NCBI GenBank assembly: GCA_964527215.1
Contig: CAZGNZ010000001.1
Coordinates: 1,276-65,275, forward strand
Length of the DNA stretch: 64,000 nt
Direction of reading: 5' to 3'
Source: an uncultured bacterium
GTDB taxonomy: Bacteria > Fidelibacterota > Marinisomatia > SCGC-AAA003-L08 > JACNLC01
Made by a program: the position numbers and the translations under genes. The notes beneath the pieces are model-generated. The model saw only the letters and a list, made by a program, of their open reading frames with translations, did not search any database and was not told where the DNA came from. Positions 26,538 through 36,350 of the stretch are shown here, one piece after another. The stretch's first letter is position 1. Every line of letters starts with the position of its first letter.

Positions 26538-26885
26538 TCAGATGGTAATAACCTTTTCTGCAATTCGCTGGGATTCGACAATGTCGTGCATTCCGCCGAT
26601 TATTCCCACAGCGACACGGTCCGCCAGATTATAAAATTTCAAACAGGTATTGCAGATGATCAGGCGGGTACCCTGTGCCTCCAGCGCAGCGAGGGAATCC
26701 AATATGGGTGAGTCGTTGAGAATCAGTCTGACGCCCTCATTGTAAAAACATACTGCTCCCGGGCTGTAATCATTTTCTGCAAGCATTTTGAAATAGGTGG
26801 CAGCGAGTTTTATCTGCAGTTCAGGCGCTCCCTGACCCATGCCGTTTTGCGGCACAAGAATGACACTGTTTTTCAGGCTATTCAT
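26538..26885 (-). CDS. DsrE/DsrF-like protein resembling the C-terminal domain of YedF (sulfur/selenium-relay family)
   Basis: 115 aa. ILVPQNGMGQGAPELQIKLA...VCFYNEGVRL...LEAQGTRLIICNTCLKFYNL...VGIIGGMHDIVE...AEKVITI matches the YedF C-terminal / DsrE-like pattern. Confidence 0.6.
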   Translation of the reverse strand: MNSLKNSVILVPQNGMGQGAPELQIKLAATYFKMLAENDYSPGAVCFYNEGVRLILNDSPILDSLAALEAQGTRLIICNTCLKFYNLADRVAVGIIGGMHDIVESQRIAEKVITI

Positions 26886-27170
26886 TCATTTCTCTTATTT
26901 GTTGTTAAAACAGGATGAAAAGATGCGGTGAATTTATGACCGTGATTATTCCTCAAACCAATCATATAGAGATTCGGCGAGAAGAAATTACCGGAGAAGT
27001 GCGAAGCTGACATTTTCCAGGACCGGTACGCATGGGGCGGAGAAACGGAGTGAATATTATGGATAGAATATCGAAACCAGGCGAAAATAATGTACGAAAC
27101 TGGGAGAAGCCGTGCGCTAAATTTGCACCTTATATTTGCGTAAATTCCCAAGATAAAACATCAGAGCAGC

Positions 27171-28151
27171 ATGTCACTTGAATTTGAAACGGTCTGTTGG
27201 TCAGAAGGATACAAGTTGGTAGCCGGTGTGGATGAAGCCGGACGGGGTCCATTGGCTGGGCCGGTGGTGGCCGCGGCCGTCATTTTTCCTAGGGATCTGG
27301 AACTTCCGGACATTCGGGATTCAAAAAAACTGACAGAGAAACGAAGATTGATTCTGTCGGAACAGATTCGCAGGAAGGCTTTGTCGGTTGGAACGGGGTT
27401 CGTTCATGAACGGAAGATTGACGAAGTCAACATTTTGCAAGCCACCTATCTTGCAATGCGGTCTGCAATCGGCGGACTGAAACCTCAGCCGGATTTTCTC
27501 CTTGTGGACGGAAATCCTGCCGACATCAGTCATTATCCCCAAAAAGCAATTGTGAAAGGAGATGCCCGATCACAGTCGATCGGTGCGGCGTCCATAGTGG
27601 CGAAAGTCACCAGAGACCGGATGATGCGCCAGTATGACCGGGTTTTCCCGGAGTACGGTTTCGCGAAGCACAAGGGATACGGAACCCGGCAGCATCTTGA
27701 CGCACTCCGTGAATTTGGTGCAGCAGCCATTCACCGCCGAAGTTTCAATCCCGTTTCGGAGTTCCGGCCGCGATGGGAAGATTACAGAAGTCCGGCACAA
27801 ATCGGCCGACTGGGTGAACAGCTCGCTGCCTGCGGGCTGATCAAACTGAACTGCGAGATTCTGGAACTGAATTACTCTCTGCCCGGTGTAGGTGAAATTG
27901 ACATCATTCACAGGGAATCCGATGGTACCGTTGTTTTCAGTGAGGTGAAGGCGGGATTGAACATGCACCGGAGTTACGATCCGCTGGAGCAGATTGATCA
28001 GCACAAACTTGACTGTCTCACGGATACTGCGACACGATATATCGAGGAAAAAGCAATCGGCGAAAAAGTCCGTTTCGATGTAATTTCCGTCCAATTTTCC
28101 AAACAAAAACCATTGATTAAACGTGTGAAAGGCGGATTGGCGATTGTATAA
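27171..28151 (+). CDS. rnhB: Fusion protein: ribonuclease HII (N-terminal) + YraN/UPF0102 endonuclease-like domain (C-terminal)
   Basis: RNase HII: GVDEAGRGPLAGPVVAAAV, DSKKL, LVDGN, HKGYGT..H...HRRSFNP. From about aa 205: GRLGEQLAACGL...LNYSLPGVGEIDIIHRESDGTVVFSEVKAG...HKL...RFDVISV matches the YraN family pattern. Confidence 0.85.
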   Translation: MSLEFETVCWSEGYKLVAGVDEAGRGPLAGPVVAAAVIFPRDLELPDIRDSKKLTEKRRLILSEQIRRKALSVGTGFVHERKIDEVNILQATYLAMRSAIGGLKPQPDFLLVDGNPADISHYPQKAIVKGDARSQSIGAASIVAKVTRDRMMRQYDRVFPEYGFAKHKGYGTRQHLDALREFGAAAIHRRSFNPVSEFRPRWEDYRSPAQIGRLGEQLAACGLIKLNCEILELNYSLPGVGEIDIIHRESDGTVVFSEVKAGLNMHRSYDPLEQIDQHKLDCLTDTATRYIEEKAIGEKVRFDVISVQFSKQKPLIKRVKGGLAIV

Positions 28152-29847
28152 GAAGATTCTGATATATCTGGTTCTCGGACTGCTTTCCGGAAGTTTCCTG
28201 CCTGCCTTTGAACAGATTCCTGACGCCGTGGGGCGGTTTGGCGCGGTCACATCCTCCAATCGGTATGCCTCGCAGGCCGGACTGGAAATACTCAAAGCCG
28301 GAGGCAACGCAGTGGATGCGGCAGTGGCAGTGGGGTTTGCGCTGGCTGTGGTACATCCCGGGGCCGGAAACATCGGCGGCGGCGGATTTATGGTGATACG
28401 CTTTGCAGACGGATCTGTCACGGCACTGGATTATCGGGAAACAGCACCGCAGGCCGCCTACAGGGATATGTTTCTGGATGACAGTCTGAATGTCATACCC
28501 GGAAAATCTTGGGAAACCTCATGGGCATCCGGAGTACCGGGATCTGTTGACGGAATGGGCAGGGCCCATAAAAAATTCGGGAAACTCAGCTGGAAGAAGG
28601 TGGTTCAACCGGCCATTCACCTTGCCGGCAAGGGATTTTATCTTGAACTGCAAAATGTCAAGAGCTTTCGAAAGTATAAAGAGTACTTGTCCCGGGACCC
28701 GGAAACCCGGGAAATTTTTACGAAAATCGATGATGAATTTGTTTTGGGAGAAAAATTCAAACAACCCGATCTTGCACATACCCTCAAACGGATTGCCCGA
28801 AAAGGATTCCGGGAATTTTATGAAGGAAAAACCGCAAAACTTATCATTGACTGCATGAACCGGACAGACGGTTTGATCACACTCGAGGATTTACAGAATT
28901 ACGAAACCCGTTTCAGGGAACCGATACAGTTTGAATATCGCGGATATACCGTATATTCCATGCCGCCGGCCTCTTCCGGAGGGATTGCTCTGGCAGGGAT
29001 TTTAAATCAGCTGGAAAATATCCCTCTGGGTGAAATACCTTTCCACAGTGCCGAACATATCCACTATGTTGCTGAAGCCGAACGCAGGGTCTATGCGGAT
29101 CGGGCCTATTACATGGGAGATCAGGATTTCGTGCCGGTCCCCATTGAAACTCTGACCGCACAGGAATATGCCGATCAGCGATGGGCATCTGTTGACAGCA
29201 CAAAGGCAACACCCAGCAGTACGATGACCCATGGTCCCATCCCGTTTCAGTATCCTGAATCGGAAGAAACAACCCATTATTCTGTGGTTGACCAGTGGGG
29301 CAATGCGGTTTCGGTCACCACAACCATCAATGGCTGGTTCGGAAACGGTATTACAGTGGATGGTGCCGGATTTCTTCTGAACAACGAAATGGATGATTTC
29401 AGCGCCAAGCCGGGTGTCCCCAATGCATTCGGATTGATTGGAGCGGAGGCCAATGCTGTCGAACCCGGTAAACGGATGCTCAGCTCTATGACTCCAACGA
29501 TTGTGGAAGATCCGGAAGGCAGCCTGTTTCTGGTTGTGGGTTCACCGGGTGGTTCAACCATCATTACGACTGTGGCTCAGGTCATATCCAATGTCGTTGA
29601 TTTCGGGATGAATATTGAAACCGCTGTCGAAGCCCCCCGGTTTCACCATCAGTGGCTGCCGGATTATGTTCGAGTGGAGCCGAACGGGTTCTCAATGGAC
29701 ACAATAAAAAAACTTTCTGAGAACGGGTATCAGTTCTATCAGAGAAACAGTATTGGAGAGGCCAACTGTATCCAGGTGGATCCGGTTACGGGGTATATTT
29801 ATGCAACCGGCGACAGTAGGCGCGGAGGTGCGGCACTGGCGTACTGA
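28144..29847 (+). CDS. ggt: Gamma-glutamyltransferase
   Basis: 567 aa. Signal peptide, then GGNAVDAAVAV, the autoprocessing/catalytic site EETTHYSVVD, and GSPGGSTIITTV. Confidence 0.92.
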   Translation: MYKKILIYLVLGLLSGSFLPAFEQIPDAVGRFGAVTSSNRYASQAGLEILKAGGNAVDAAVAVGFALAVVHPGAGNIGGGGFMVIRFADGSVTALDYRETAPQAAYRDMFLDDSLNVIPGKSWETSWASGVPGSVDGMGRAHKKFGKLSWKKVVQPAIHLAGKGFYLELQNVKSFRKYKEYLSRDPETREIFTKIDDEFVLGEKFKQPDLAHTLKRIARKGFREFYEGKTAKLIIDCMNRTDGLITLEDLQNYETRFREPIQFEYRGYTVYSMPPASSGGIALAGILNQLENIPLGEIPFHSAEHIHYVAEAERRVYADRAYYMGDQDFVPVPIETLTAQEYADQRWASVDSTKATPSSTMTHGPIPFQYPESEETTHYSVVDQWGNAVSVTTTINGWFGNGITVDGAGFLLNNEMDDFSAKPGVPNAFGLIGAEANAVEPGKRMLSSMTPTIVEDPEGSLFLVVGSPGGSTIITTVAQVISNVVDFGMNIETAVEAPRFHHQWLPDYVRVEPNGFSMDTIKKLSENGYQFYQRNSIGEANCIQVDPVTGYIYATGDSRRGGAALAY

Positions 29848-29882
29848 TGAAAGATTACCAATAATCTAGCAAAGGACACATT

Positions 29883-30953
29883 TTGAATCAAAAACCGCTG
29901 GCAGGAAACAAAAAATGGCTGGGACTTTCTGAAGCATTCTGGAAAGAGCTCAAAATTCTCACCATATTGATCATTGTCGCATTGACCATCAAGGCAACGC
30001 TTGTTGAAATTTATGTGGTGCCCACCGGTTCAATGGAAAAAACCATCCTGACAGGCGATATGCTTATTGGAAACAAGTTTGTGTACGGTATGAGAACCCC
30101 AACGCGGATTGGACTGATCTGGACTCGTCTGGGGTTTGATATTCCGTGGATTCGCCTTCCGGAGTTTAAGGAAATTGAAACCGGTGATGTAACCATATTT
30201 GAATTTCCTCGGGATCCATTTCAGAAATATGTCAAACGCTGCATTGGCACTCCCGGTGATGTTATCGCCATAAATCAGGGAGAAATCACGATCAATCAGG
30301 AGGTGATGGAACTGCCTCCCCAGGGTTTTTTTGACGGGGGTGTGAAATACAAGGCCGGACAGTCTCAGAATATTTTCTCCTATTTTGAAGGGAATCAGGA
30401 CAACATAAAATCATTTGTTGTACCGCACAAGGGGATGGAAATTGATTTTCAGAATGTGGATGACTGGCCATCAGTGATCACTCTGCTGGTCCAGGACGGG
30501 AATGAGGTGACATTGAGAGAAAAGAAATTTTCAGTGATCGACCCCAAAGAGCTGGCCCGGATGAAGGGATTTCTGAAGTATAAGTTTCTGGGTTTGTTCA
30601 ATTCAAATAAATTGGCCGTTAATGCCAGACAGCTTGATGAGCAGCGGAGGTATATCCGTGAACTCATTGAAGACAACCGCCGTCAGAACATATACAATCC
30701 ATGGGAAATTAATTTTAAACCCTCAGATTCCAACCTGGTTTATCAGAACCTGAAGGTGAACGGGAAGTTGGTGTCTGATATGAAGTCCTATATGTTAAAG
30801 CATGATTTTTATTTTTTTGTGGGAGACAATCGCAATAACAGCTTTGATTCCCGGTTTTGGGGGTTTGTACCGGATACTCAGATTCTGGGAACGCCGCTGC
30901 TTTCACTGGTTAATCTGTTTAAATTTAAACTTCGACTTAAAACAATTTCTTAG
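29883..30953 (+). CDS. lepB: Signal peptidase I
   Basis: TTG start 6 nt after AAAGGA. Catalytic Ser box PTGSMEKTI, Lys box YVKRCIGTPGD, and GDNRNNSFDSRFWGFVP. Confidence 0.9.
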   Translation: MNQKPLAGNKKWLGLSEAFWKELKILTILIIVALTIKATLVEIYVVPTGSMEKTILTGDMLIGNKFVYGMRTPTRIGLIWTRLGFDIPWIRLPEFKEIETGDVTIFEFPRDPFQKYVKRCIGTPGDVIAINQGEITINQEVMELPPQGFFDGGVKYKAGQSQNIFSYFEGNQDNIKSFVVPHKGMEIDFQNVDDWPSVITLLVQDGNEVTLREKKFSVIDPKELARMKGFLKYKFLGLFNSNKLAVNARQLDEQRRYIRELIEDNRRQNIYNPWEINFKPSDSNLVYQNLKVNGKLVSDMKSYMLKHDFYFFVGDNRNNSFDSRFWGFVPDTQILGTPLLSLVNLFKFKLRLKTIS

Positions 30954-30965
30954 TTAAATTTAGCC

Positions 30966-31379
30966 ATGTTATCGTTATTGGCTTTTGTTTTAAAATTATT
31001 CCTGGGTGCACTTCTGGGCGGATTTCTGGAGTTTTCTTCGGATGCCAAAAACCAGCGCAGCAATGTCACTGCCGCTGCCTTTATTGGTTTGTCCGCAGCA
31101 GCTCTGCTTCATGTGGTTTCCGTCATCGTTGAAGTGAATCAGGGACTTGCGCTCGGATTGGGGATTTTTACATGTGTCTGGCTGGCGCTGAACGTCACAC
31201 CAGGCGAAGGATATGAAAGACGGTCGGTTCTGGTCTCCATCGCCATTTCAGGGGCTTTGGTTGGAGCTGCACATATCCTCGTGGCAATCGTGTATGCGGT
31301 AGTTGCCAAAGTGATATTTTATGCAGGAGCCCGATACTTCTCAGATTCTGCCGGTAATGATGAAACAAACTTGATGTAA
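30966..31379 (+). CDS. Small integral membrane protein (weak MgtC/SapB-like N-terminus)
   Basis: 137 aa, 4 hydrophobic helices. LKLFLGALLGGFLEF resembles the start of the MgtC family; the rest is divergent. Confidence 0.35.
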   Translation: MLSLLAFVLKLFLGALLGGFLEFSSDAKNQRSNVTAAAFIGLSAAALLHVVSVIVEVNQGLALGLGIFTCVWLALNVTPGEGYERRSVLVSIAISGALVGAAHILVAIVYAVVAKVIFYAGARYFSDSAGNDETNLM

Positions 31380-31484
31380 AGTTTTGAAAATATCATTGTA
31401 TTGTTGGCCGAATAGTAAAAAATTTAATGCCTGTTTTTGAATGAAATTCAGCAAGGTTTTATCAACACAAAGTAAGGACCAGAC

Positions 31485-31985
31485 ATGCAAAGAGCAATTT
31501 GGATTGTCACCTTTCTAATCATTTTAGCGGGTGCTTATTATTGGTTTGTGATTCATGAAGAAAGTGTAGTCGCCGTACAAAAGATAGCCGACCGCAATGA
31601 ACTCCTGTCGGACAGCATCAATGTGGCAACTGAACTGGAAAGACGCCTGGAATTAAGGTATATCGGGCACGGCAAACACCTTAAGGAAATTCAGGATGAG
31701 TATCGGGCCCATTATGAATCATATGTGGCAAAAATGGACTCCATTAATTCCGTCTTTACCGACATCAATTTTAAGATTGAACAGCTGGAAGAAAGTCTGA
31801 CCAGAAAAATCAACCGTGTTCAGGATGATTTGACATCTCTGAGTGATTCATTTGAAAGTTATAAAAGGACGAAAAACCGCGAGACCAGGGACATCCAGTC
31901 TGATATTACCGGGTTGAGAGATCGCCTATCCGGTATTGATGACCAACTTGTCCGGATTAAAGAGAAAGTCAAACTGGAAGACTAA
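31485..31985 (+). CDS. Membrane-anchored coiled-coil protein, unknown function
   Basis: 166 aa. N-terminal TM AIWIVTFLIILAGAYYWFVI, followed by a heptad-like charged region. Confidence 0.5.
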   Translation: MQRAIWIVTFLIILAGAYYWFVIHEESVVAVQKIADRNELLSDSINVATELERRLELRYIGHGKHLKEIQDEYRAHYESYVAKMDSINSVFTDINFKIEQLEESLTRKINRVQDDLTSLSDSFESYKRTKNRETRDIQSDITGLRDRLSGIDDQLVRIKEKVKLED

Positions 31986-32044
31986 AGATTCTGCGGTCCG
32001 ACAATTACCGTAATTAAGACGTAACATTGTGAGTTTTAGGATTC

Positions 32045-32080
32045 AGAAGGGGGAATGAACATTCTCCCTTCTTGCTTTCA
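32045..32080 (+). terminator. Candidate terminator
   Basis: AGAAGGGGGAAT-GAAC-ATTCTCCCTTCT forms a 12-bp stem with one G-U pair, followed by a weak T tract (TGCTTTC). Confidence 0.45.
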
Positions 32081-32138
32081 CAGAGAATCCATTTACTCAC
32101 ATTTCATCTGTTGAACTGATATAATCCGAGGTAAAAAA

Positions 32139-34940
32139 ATGTTGAAAAAGTATATTGCGGCAGTATTCATGGTCTTAGGTCTCTGTGTTGCTGCACCGGG
32201 ACTGAACGAGACAATTCCCTTTGACCCTTCAATTGTCACAGGACAGCTGGAAAATGGACTTACCTATTTTATCAAGCATAATGAAAAACCCGCCAACAGA
32301 GCCGAACTTCGACTGGCGGTCAGTATAGGTTCGGTTGATGAGGAAGAAGATCAGCGGGGGCTGGCCCATTTTCTTGAGCATATGTGCTTCAACGGAACGG
32401 AACGGTATCCTAAAAATGAACTGGTTGATTACCTTGAATCCCTTGGAATGGGATTTGGACCGGATCTGAATGCGTACACCGCCTTTGATGAAACCGTTTA
32501 CATGATTCAGATTCCAACCGATGATCCCCAGAAATTCCGCTCCGGCGTAGAAATACTCAGTGAATGGGCGGGTTTTCTGACGCTGGATCACAATGAGATT
32601 GACAAAGAGCGCGGTGTGATCATGGAAGAATGGCGGCAGCGCCGCGGTGCCAGTGCCCGTATTTTTGATGAACAGTTCCAGGTTCTAGTCAAGGATTCAA
32701 AATATGCGGAAAGAATTCCCATCGGACTTCCGGAAATCGTGGAAAACTGTCCCTACGAACGTCTGGAATCTTTTTACCGCAAATGGTACCGTCCGGATCT
32801 GATGGCAGTTATGATGGTGGGTGATTTTGAGACAGATCAGGCTTTGGATATGATTATGGAACTGTTTGGCCGTATTCCTTCACCAAACCAGCCTCAAGCA
32901 CCAGGATTCTATGAGGTACCGAAACACAAAGAACCACGGATTATCATTTCATCCGATCCTGAAGCGTCACGGGCAACAGCAACCATCACCTACAAGCAGG
33001 ATGTGCAGGTATCTGAAGTGATCGGTGATTATGTGAATGATCTGAAGGAAAGCCTGTATTTTGACATGTTCAATCAGCGGCTGCGTGAACGGATTCGCGA
33101 TGAGGATCAGCCGTTTGCCAGCGCCTATTCCGGAAAAAGCAAGTATGTTGAATCTGTTGAATTTACCATGCTGTATGCAAATGCATCTCAAAACGGTATC
33201 AGTGGTGGAATTCATGATATCCTTTGGGAAGTTCGTCGCGTTCAGCAGTTCGGATTCCTGGAATCAGAGTTGAATAGGGCGAAGGATCGGATGTACAGTC
33301 AGATTGAAAAGGCCTTTAATGAGCGGGATAAAACCGAAAGTCGAAAACTGATTCGGGAACTGGTGGGTCATTTCCTTGAAAATGAACCTGTCCCCGGAAT
33401 TGAATGGGAATTTTCGCTTGCAAGTGAGATGCTTGGCAGCATAGCTGTTGAGGATGTGAACAGTCTCACGGACACCCATTTTCCGAAACACAGCATGGTA
33501 ATACAGATATCCATGCCGGAAGAAGATGAGATGGAGAAACCCAGCGAGGATGATCTGACTGCCATGCTGGCACAAATGGACACCTGGCAGGTTCAGCCAT
33601 ATAAGGATGATATCTCGGATCAGCCATTGCTGAATGAAATTCCTGAACCGGGTATGGTGATCGGTGAAACCTGGCTGCGCGAGTTGGATGTGTACGAATG
33701 GCAGCTTTCCAACGGAGCCACCGTTGTGGCGAAACCCACAACATTTAAAAATGATCAGATACTTTTTACCAGCTTTGCACCCGGCGGCGGCTCAATGGCT
33801 TCCGAAACCGATTACCGGTCGGCAGTGCTGTCATCCGCAATTGTTATGGAATCCGGTATGGCCGACTTCACACTTCCTCAGCTGGAGAAAATGCTGTCCG
33901 GAAAAATTGTTGAGGTCGGTCCGTTTATCGATGATTATTATCACGGATTTCGCGGAAGCAGTACAACAAAGGATCTGGAAACTGCTCTGCAGATTTTGTA
34001 TGGACGCTGGACGTCACCGAGAAAAGACAAAAGTGCGTTCGAAAATTTGATGGCCCGTTACAAATCATTTGTAGAAAACAGGGTAAACAGTCCGGAATTT
34101 CAATTTAATGACCTTGTGTTCCGTACGAACTACAGTGATCATTATGCCATGCAGAACTGGTCAGTGGATATTTTGGAGCAGGTGGATTTCAATACGTCAC
34201 TGGACTTTTACCAAAAGGCTTTTTCCAATCCTGGGAATTTCACATTTGTGTTTGTGGGCGCATTTGATATCGATGAACTTAGAGAGATGGTTGAAACTTA
34301 TATTGGCAGTCTGCCGGTAAATTCAAAGGCTGTCACGCATGCCCGGGATATGAAAATCAAATTTCCCAGAAAGCGTCAGAATAAAATACTGAAAATGGGA
34401 GTTGAGCCAAAAAGCAAAACCCGTATCACTTTTTATAAACCTCTGAAGGATGATTTTGATGAAATGTTTGTGCTGAATGCCGTCACCGAAATCCTGGAGG
34501 TTCGCCTGAGAGATATTTTGAGAGAAGAAATGGGAGCCACATACTACGTGGGTTCCGGATCGGCCAATATGCTTCCTGCGTCAAAATTTGCGACGACCTA
34601 TGTTGCCTTTGACAGCAATCCGGAAAATGTTGACGAAATGGTATCTGTCGTTTTTGAAGAAATTTCCAAAATGAAAAAGGATCTTGTTGAGCCGCATGAA
34701 ACGGGAAACATTGTTGAAAAGTATCTCAAGGACAGGGAAACCAAATTGGAATCAAACTACTACTGGATGAATTCAATTCAATCCTGCCTGAAACATGGCG
34801 TAGATCCCCACGATATTCTGAAAAGGGACGAACGAATTCGGTCACTGACCCCGGAAGCCGTGAAAAAATCCGTAAAAAAATACTATCCTAAGAAAAAACA
34901 TACCATCATAAGTCTATACCCGGAGGATTGGGAAGGTTAG
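32139..34940 (+). CDS. M16-family zinc metallopeptidase (pitrilysin/insulinase-like, two fused halves)
   Basis: 933 aa. Signal peptide and the inverted zinc motif HFLEHMCFNGT (HxxEH). Confidence 0.88.
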   Translation: MLKKYIAAVFMVLGLCVAAPGLNETIPFDPSIVTGQLENGLTYFIKHNEKPANRAELRLAVSIGSVDEEEDQRGLAHFLEHMCFNGTERYPKNELVDYLESLGMGFGPDLNAYTAFDETVYMIQIPTDDPQKFRSGVEILSEWAGFLTLDHNEIDKERGVIMEEWRQRRGASARIFDEQFQVLVKDSKYAERIPIGLPEIVENCPYERLESFYRKWYRPDLMAVMMVGDFETDQALDMIMELFGRIPSPNQPQAPGFYEVPKHKEPRIIISSDPEASRATATITYKQDVQVSEVIGDYVNDLKESLYFDMFNQRLRERIRDEDQPFASAYSGKSKYVESVEFTMLYANASQNGISGGIHDILWEVRRVQQFGFLESELNRAKDRMYSQIEKAFNERDKTESRKLIRELVGHFLENEPVPGIEWEFSLASEMLGSIAVEDVNSLTDTHFPKHSMVIQISMPEEDEMEKPSEDDLTAMLAQMDTWQVQPYKDDISDQPLLNEIPEPGMVIGETWLRELDVYEWQLSNGATVVAKPTTFKNDQILFTSFAPGGGSMASETDYRSAVLSSAIVMESGMADFTLPQLEKMLSGKIVEVGPFIDDYYHGFRGSSTTKDLETALQILYGRWTSPRKDKSAFENLMARYKSFVENRVNSPEFQFNDLVFRTNYSDHYAMQNWSVDILEQVDFNTSLDFYQKAFSNPGNFTFVFVGAFDIDELREMVETYIGSLPVNSKAVTHARDMKIKFPRKRQNKILKMGVEPKSKTRITFYKPLKDDFDEMFVLNAVTEILEVRLRDILREEMGATYYVGSGSANMLPASKFATTYVAFDSNPENVDEMVSVVFEEISKMKKDLVEPHETGNIVEKYLKDRETKLESNYYWMNSIQSCLKHGVDPHDILKRDERIRSLTPEAVKKSVKKYYPKKKHTIISLYPEDWEG

Positions 34941-35068
34941 CAGCAATATTGTATTTTGCCCCGGTCTGTTATTCGCTGAATTGCAGACCGGTTTTGATTA
35001 TCAGTGGACAGATGTCTCTAAACATTCAATGGGCTGCAGTTATAAAAATGTCAGGAGGTACCGCGGTG

Positions 35069-35413
35069 ATGAAACTTGAGCAGTGTGTGGGGGATATTGT
35101 ATTCGTTTCTTTCAGAGATCCGGAACGCTTTCGAGAAGTCGGTTTTGTGGTTAAATCAGGCCATTTCATGGTAAAGGGATTTGATCAGTTTGGAATCTGG
35201 CTGGCCCATCCCGGTTTGGTGCTGGTTGTGTCAGAAGATTCAAAAGGCCGGCCCCTGCCCCCGGATAAACATAAGAAATCCCGAATTGAAGCCACATTTC
35301 TGGCGACTTGGGACAATCTGGAGGTCATGATGCATTATCCGGACAGGGAAGGATTTGACTTTCCAAGTGAATTTGACAAGAAAATCGGTTTTGAAATACA
35401 TGCACCGGAATAA
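35069..35413 (+). CDS. Hypothetical protein
   Basis: Start chosen at the ATG 10 nt after AGGAGG; the track ORF starts at 34928 and overlaps the peptidase gene. No motif recognised. Confidence 0.45.
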   Translation: MKLEQCVGDIVFVSFRDPERFREVGFVVKSGHFMVKGFDQFGIWLAHPGLVLVVSEDSKGRPLPPDKHKKSRIEATFLATWDNLEVMMHYPDREGFDFPSEFDKKIGFEIHAPE

Positions 35414-35494
35414 AAATCGATTCACTGGCTGGGAATGCCTGGCCGGGATACAGAAGCATCCATATATACCAGACATAAGCGGAGGGCGGCAGCC

Positions 35495-35698
35495 ATGATA
35501 CAAGGTACAGTAAAAGTATGGGATTCCATTAAAGGATGGGGTTTCATTGAAGATGATGACGGGTACGATTTTTTTCTGCATGTTGAGCAAATACGAAAAG
35601 GACAGAAACTCAGAGTAGGTGATCGTGTTAATTTTGACGTCAGCGAAACGCAACGCGGTCCCACTGCAGAAAATGTCAGTAAAGTTACCGGCAGGTAG
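35495..35698 (+). CDS. Cold-shock domain protein (CspA family)
   Basis: 67 aa from the ATG after GGAGGG. GTVKVWDSIKGWGFIEDDDGYDFFLH matches the RNP1/RNP2 region of cold-shock proteins. Confidence 0.85.
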   Translation: MIQGTVKVWDSIKGWGFIEDDDGYDFFLHVEQIRKGQKLRVGDRVNFDVSETQRGPTAENVSKVTGR

Positions 35699-35808
35699 TT
35701 CAGGTTTATTCAAACAGTTTTTCGTGCGGTACTCCGTGGATTGGGAATTTCAACTGAACGTCTGTAAAAAACCAGCTGGTTGATAATTTTGGTGAACTTG
35801 CCAAATAG

Positions 35809-35838
35809 AGAAAGGAGGACAGACCTCCTTTCTTTTTA
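35809..35838 (+). terminator. Rho-independent terminator downstream of csp
   Basis: GAAAGGAGG-ACAGA-CCTCCTTTC followed by TTTTT. Confidence 0.75.
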
Positions 35839-35861
35839 GCCCGGAAGTTTCATGAAACCTT

Positions 35862-36219
35862 CTGGTGATATGATGATAATGGTCAATTCGGAAAAGTAAA
35901 AATTCTACACAATTTATGCGTGACTAACCTTTAGGCTTTTCCGTTAAAGAACCCATGGGATTCACGTTCTCCAAGGCATATAAAGAGAAAATGTGTAAAA
36001 TTGTACTGGTCAGTACGTTGAGTTGCATTTAACAACCCCCGTCCTCAGGACGTGGTTATGGCCAAAGGGCTGTGCCTGGTGTAAATGCGTAATAAAAAAT
36101 TGCGGTGTATGGCAGAAATCTGGCTTAAAGCCAACCGCCTTTGATGGTGGATAGTCAGATTTCAGCAATTTTTTTACAACATTTTTCGAATAGAATTGAA
36201 AATCCGTCTTCTGACGGAC
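35862..36219. repeat. Intergenic repeat, copy B (copy A homologue interrupted by a 155-nt insertion at 36023-36177)
   Basis: 35862-36022 and 36178-36219 align with 23431-23638. The intervening 155 nt is absent from copy A and contains nested stems, for example GCATTTA (36025-36031) / TAAATGC (36083-36089) and CGTCC-TCAG-GGACG. Confidence 0.8.
36125..36177 (+). repeat. 53-nt direct repeat unit, copy 1
   Basis: TTAAAGCCAACCGCCTTTGATGGTGGATAGTCAGATTTCAGCAATTTTTTTAC. It recurs at 36351-36402 with 2 substitutions and a 1-nt T-tract difference. Confidence 0.9.
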
Positions 36220-36350
36220 AAGTGTAACAGGGTGCATTCCCCGCCGCTTGTTGAAAATTCAGCCATTTGGCGTGGCAGGGAGATTCATTGCGTCAGAAGA
36301 AATGGCATTGTGCAGTAGAGATCGCGGACTGTGAGAAAGGCGGTTCGGGG

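Noticed and set aside
26882-27151. 89-aa minus-strand ORF in the divergent region between the DsrE-like gene and rnhB
   Set aside because: It has no SD and an improbable composition (Phe/His/Asn/Ser-rich), and it sits where two divergent promoters are expected. Treated as non-coding.
27570-28421. 283-aa minus-strand ORF spanning the rnhB-yraN / ggt junction
   Set aside because: It is antisense to two genes with strong family motifs and has a Pro/Ala/Ser/Thr-rich, low-information sequence. Shadow ORF. The same reasoning applies to 11243-11797 (antisense to ribBA) and 43154-43822 (antisense to the 43133-43642 gene and the start of the HIT gene).
36001-36030. Sigma-54-type promoter (TGG...TTGCA) within repeat copy B (CTGGTCAGTACGTTGAGTTGCA)
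   Set aside because: The spacing between the TGG and TTGC elements is about 5 nt too long for the -24/-12 consensus. The TTGCA belongs to the insertion that is absent from copy A.
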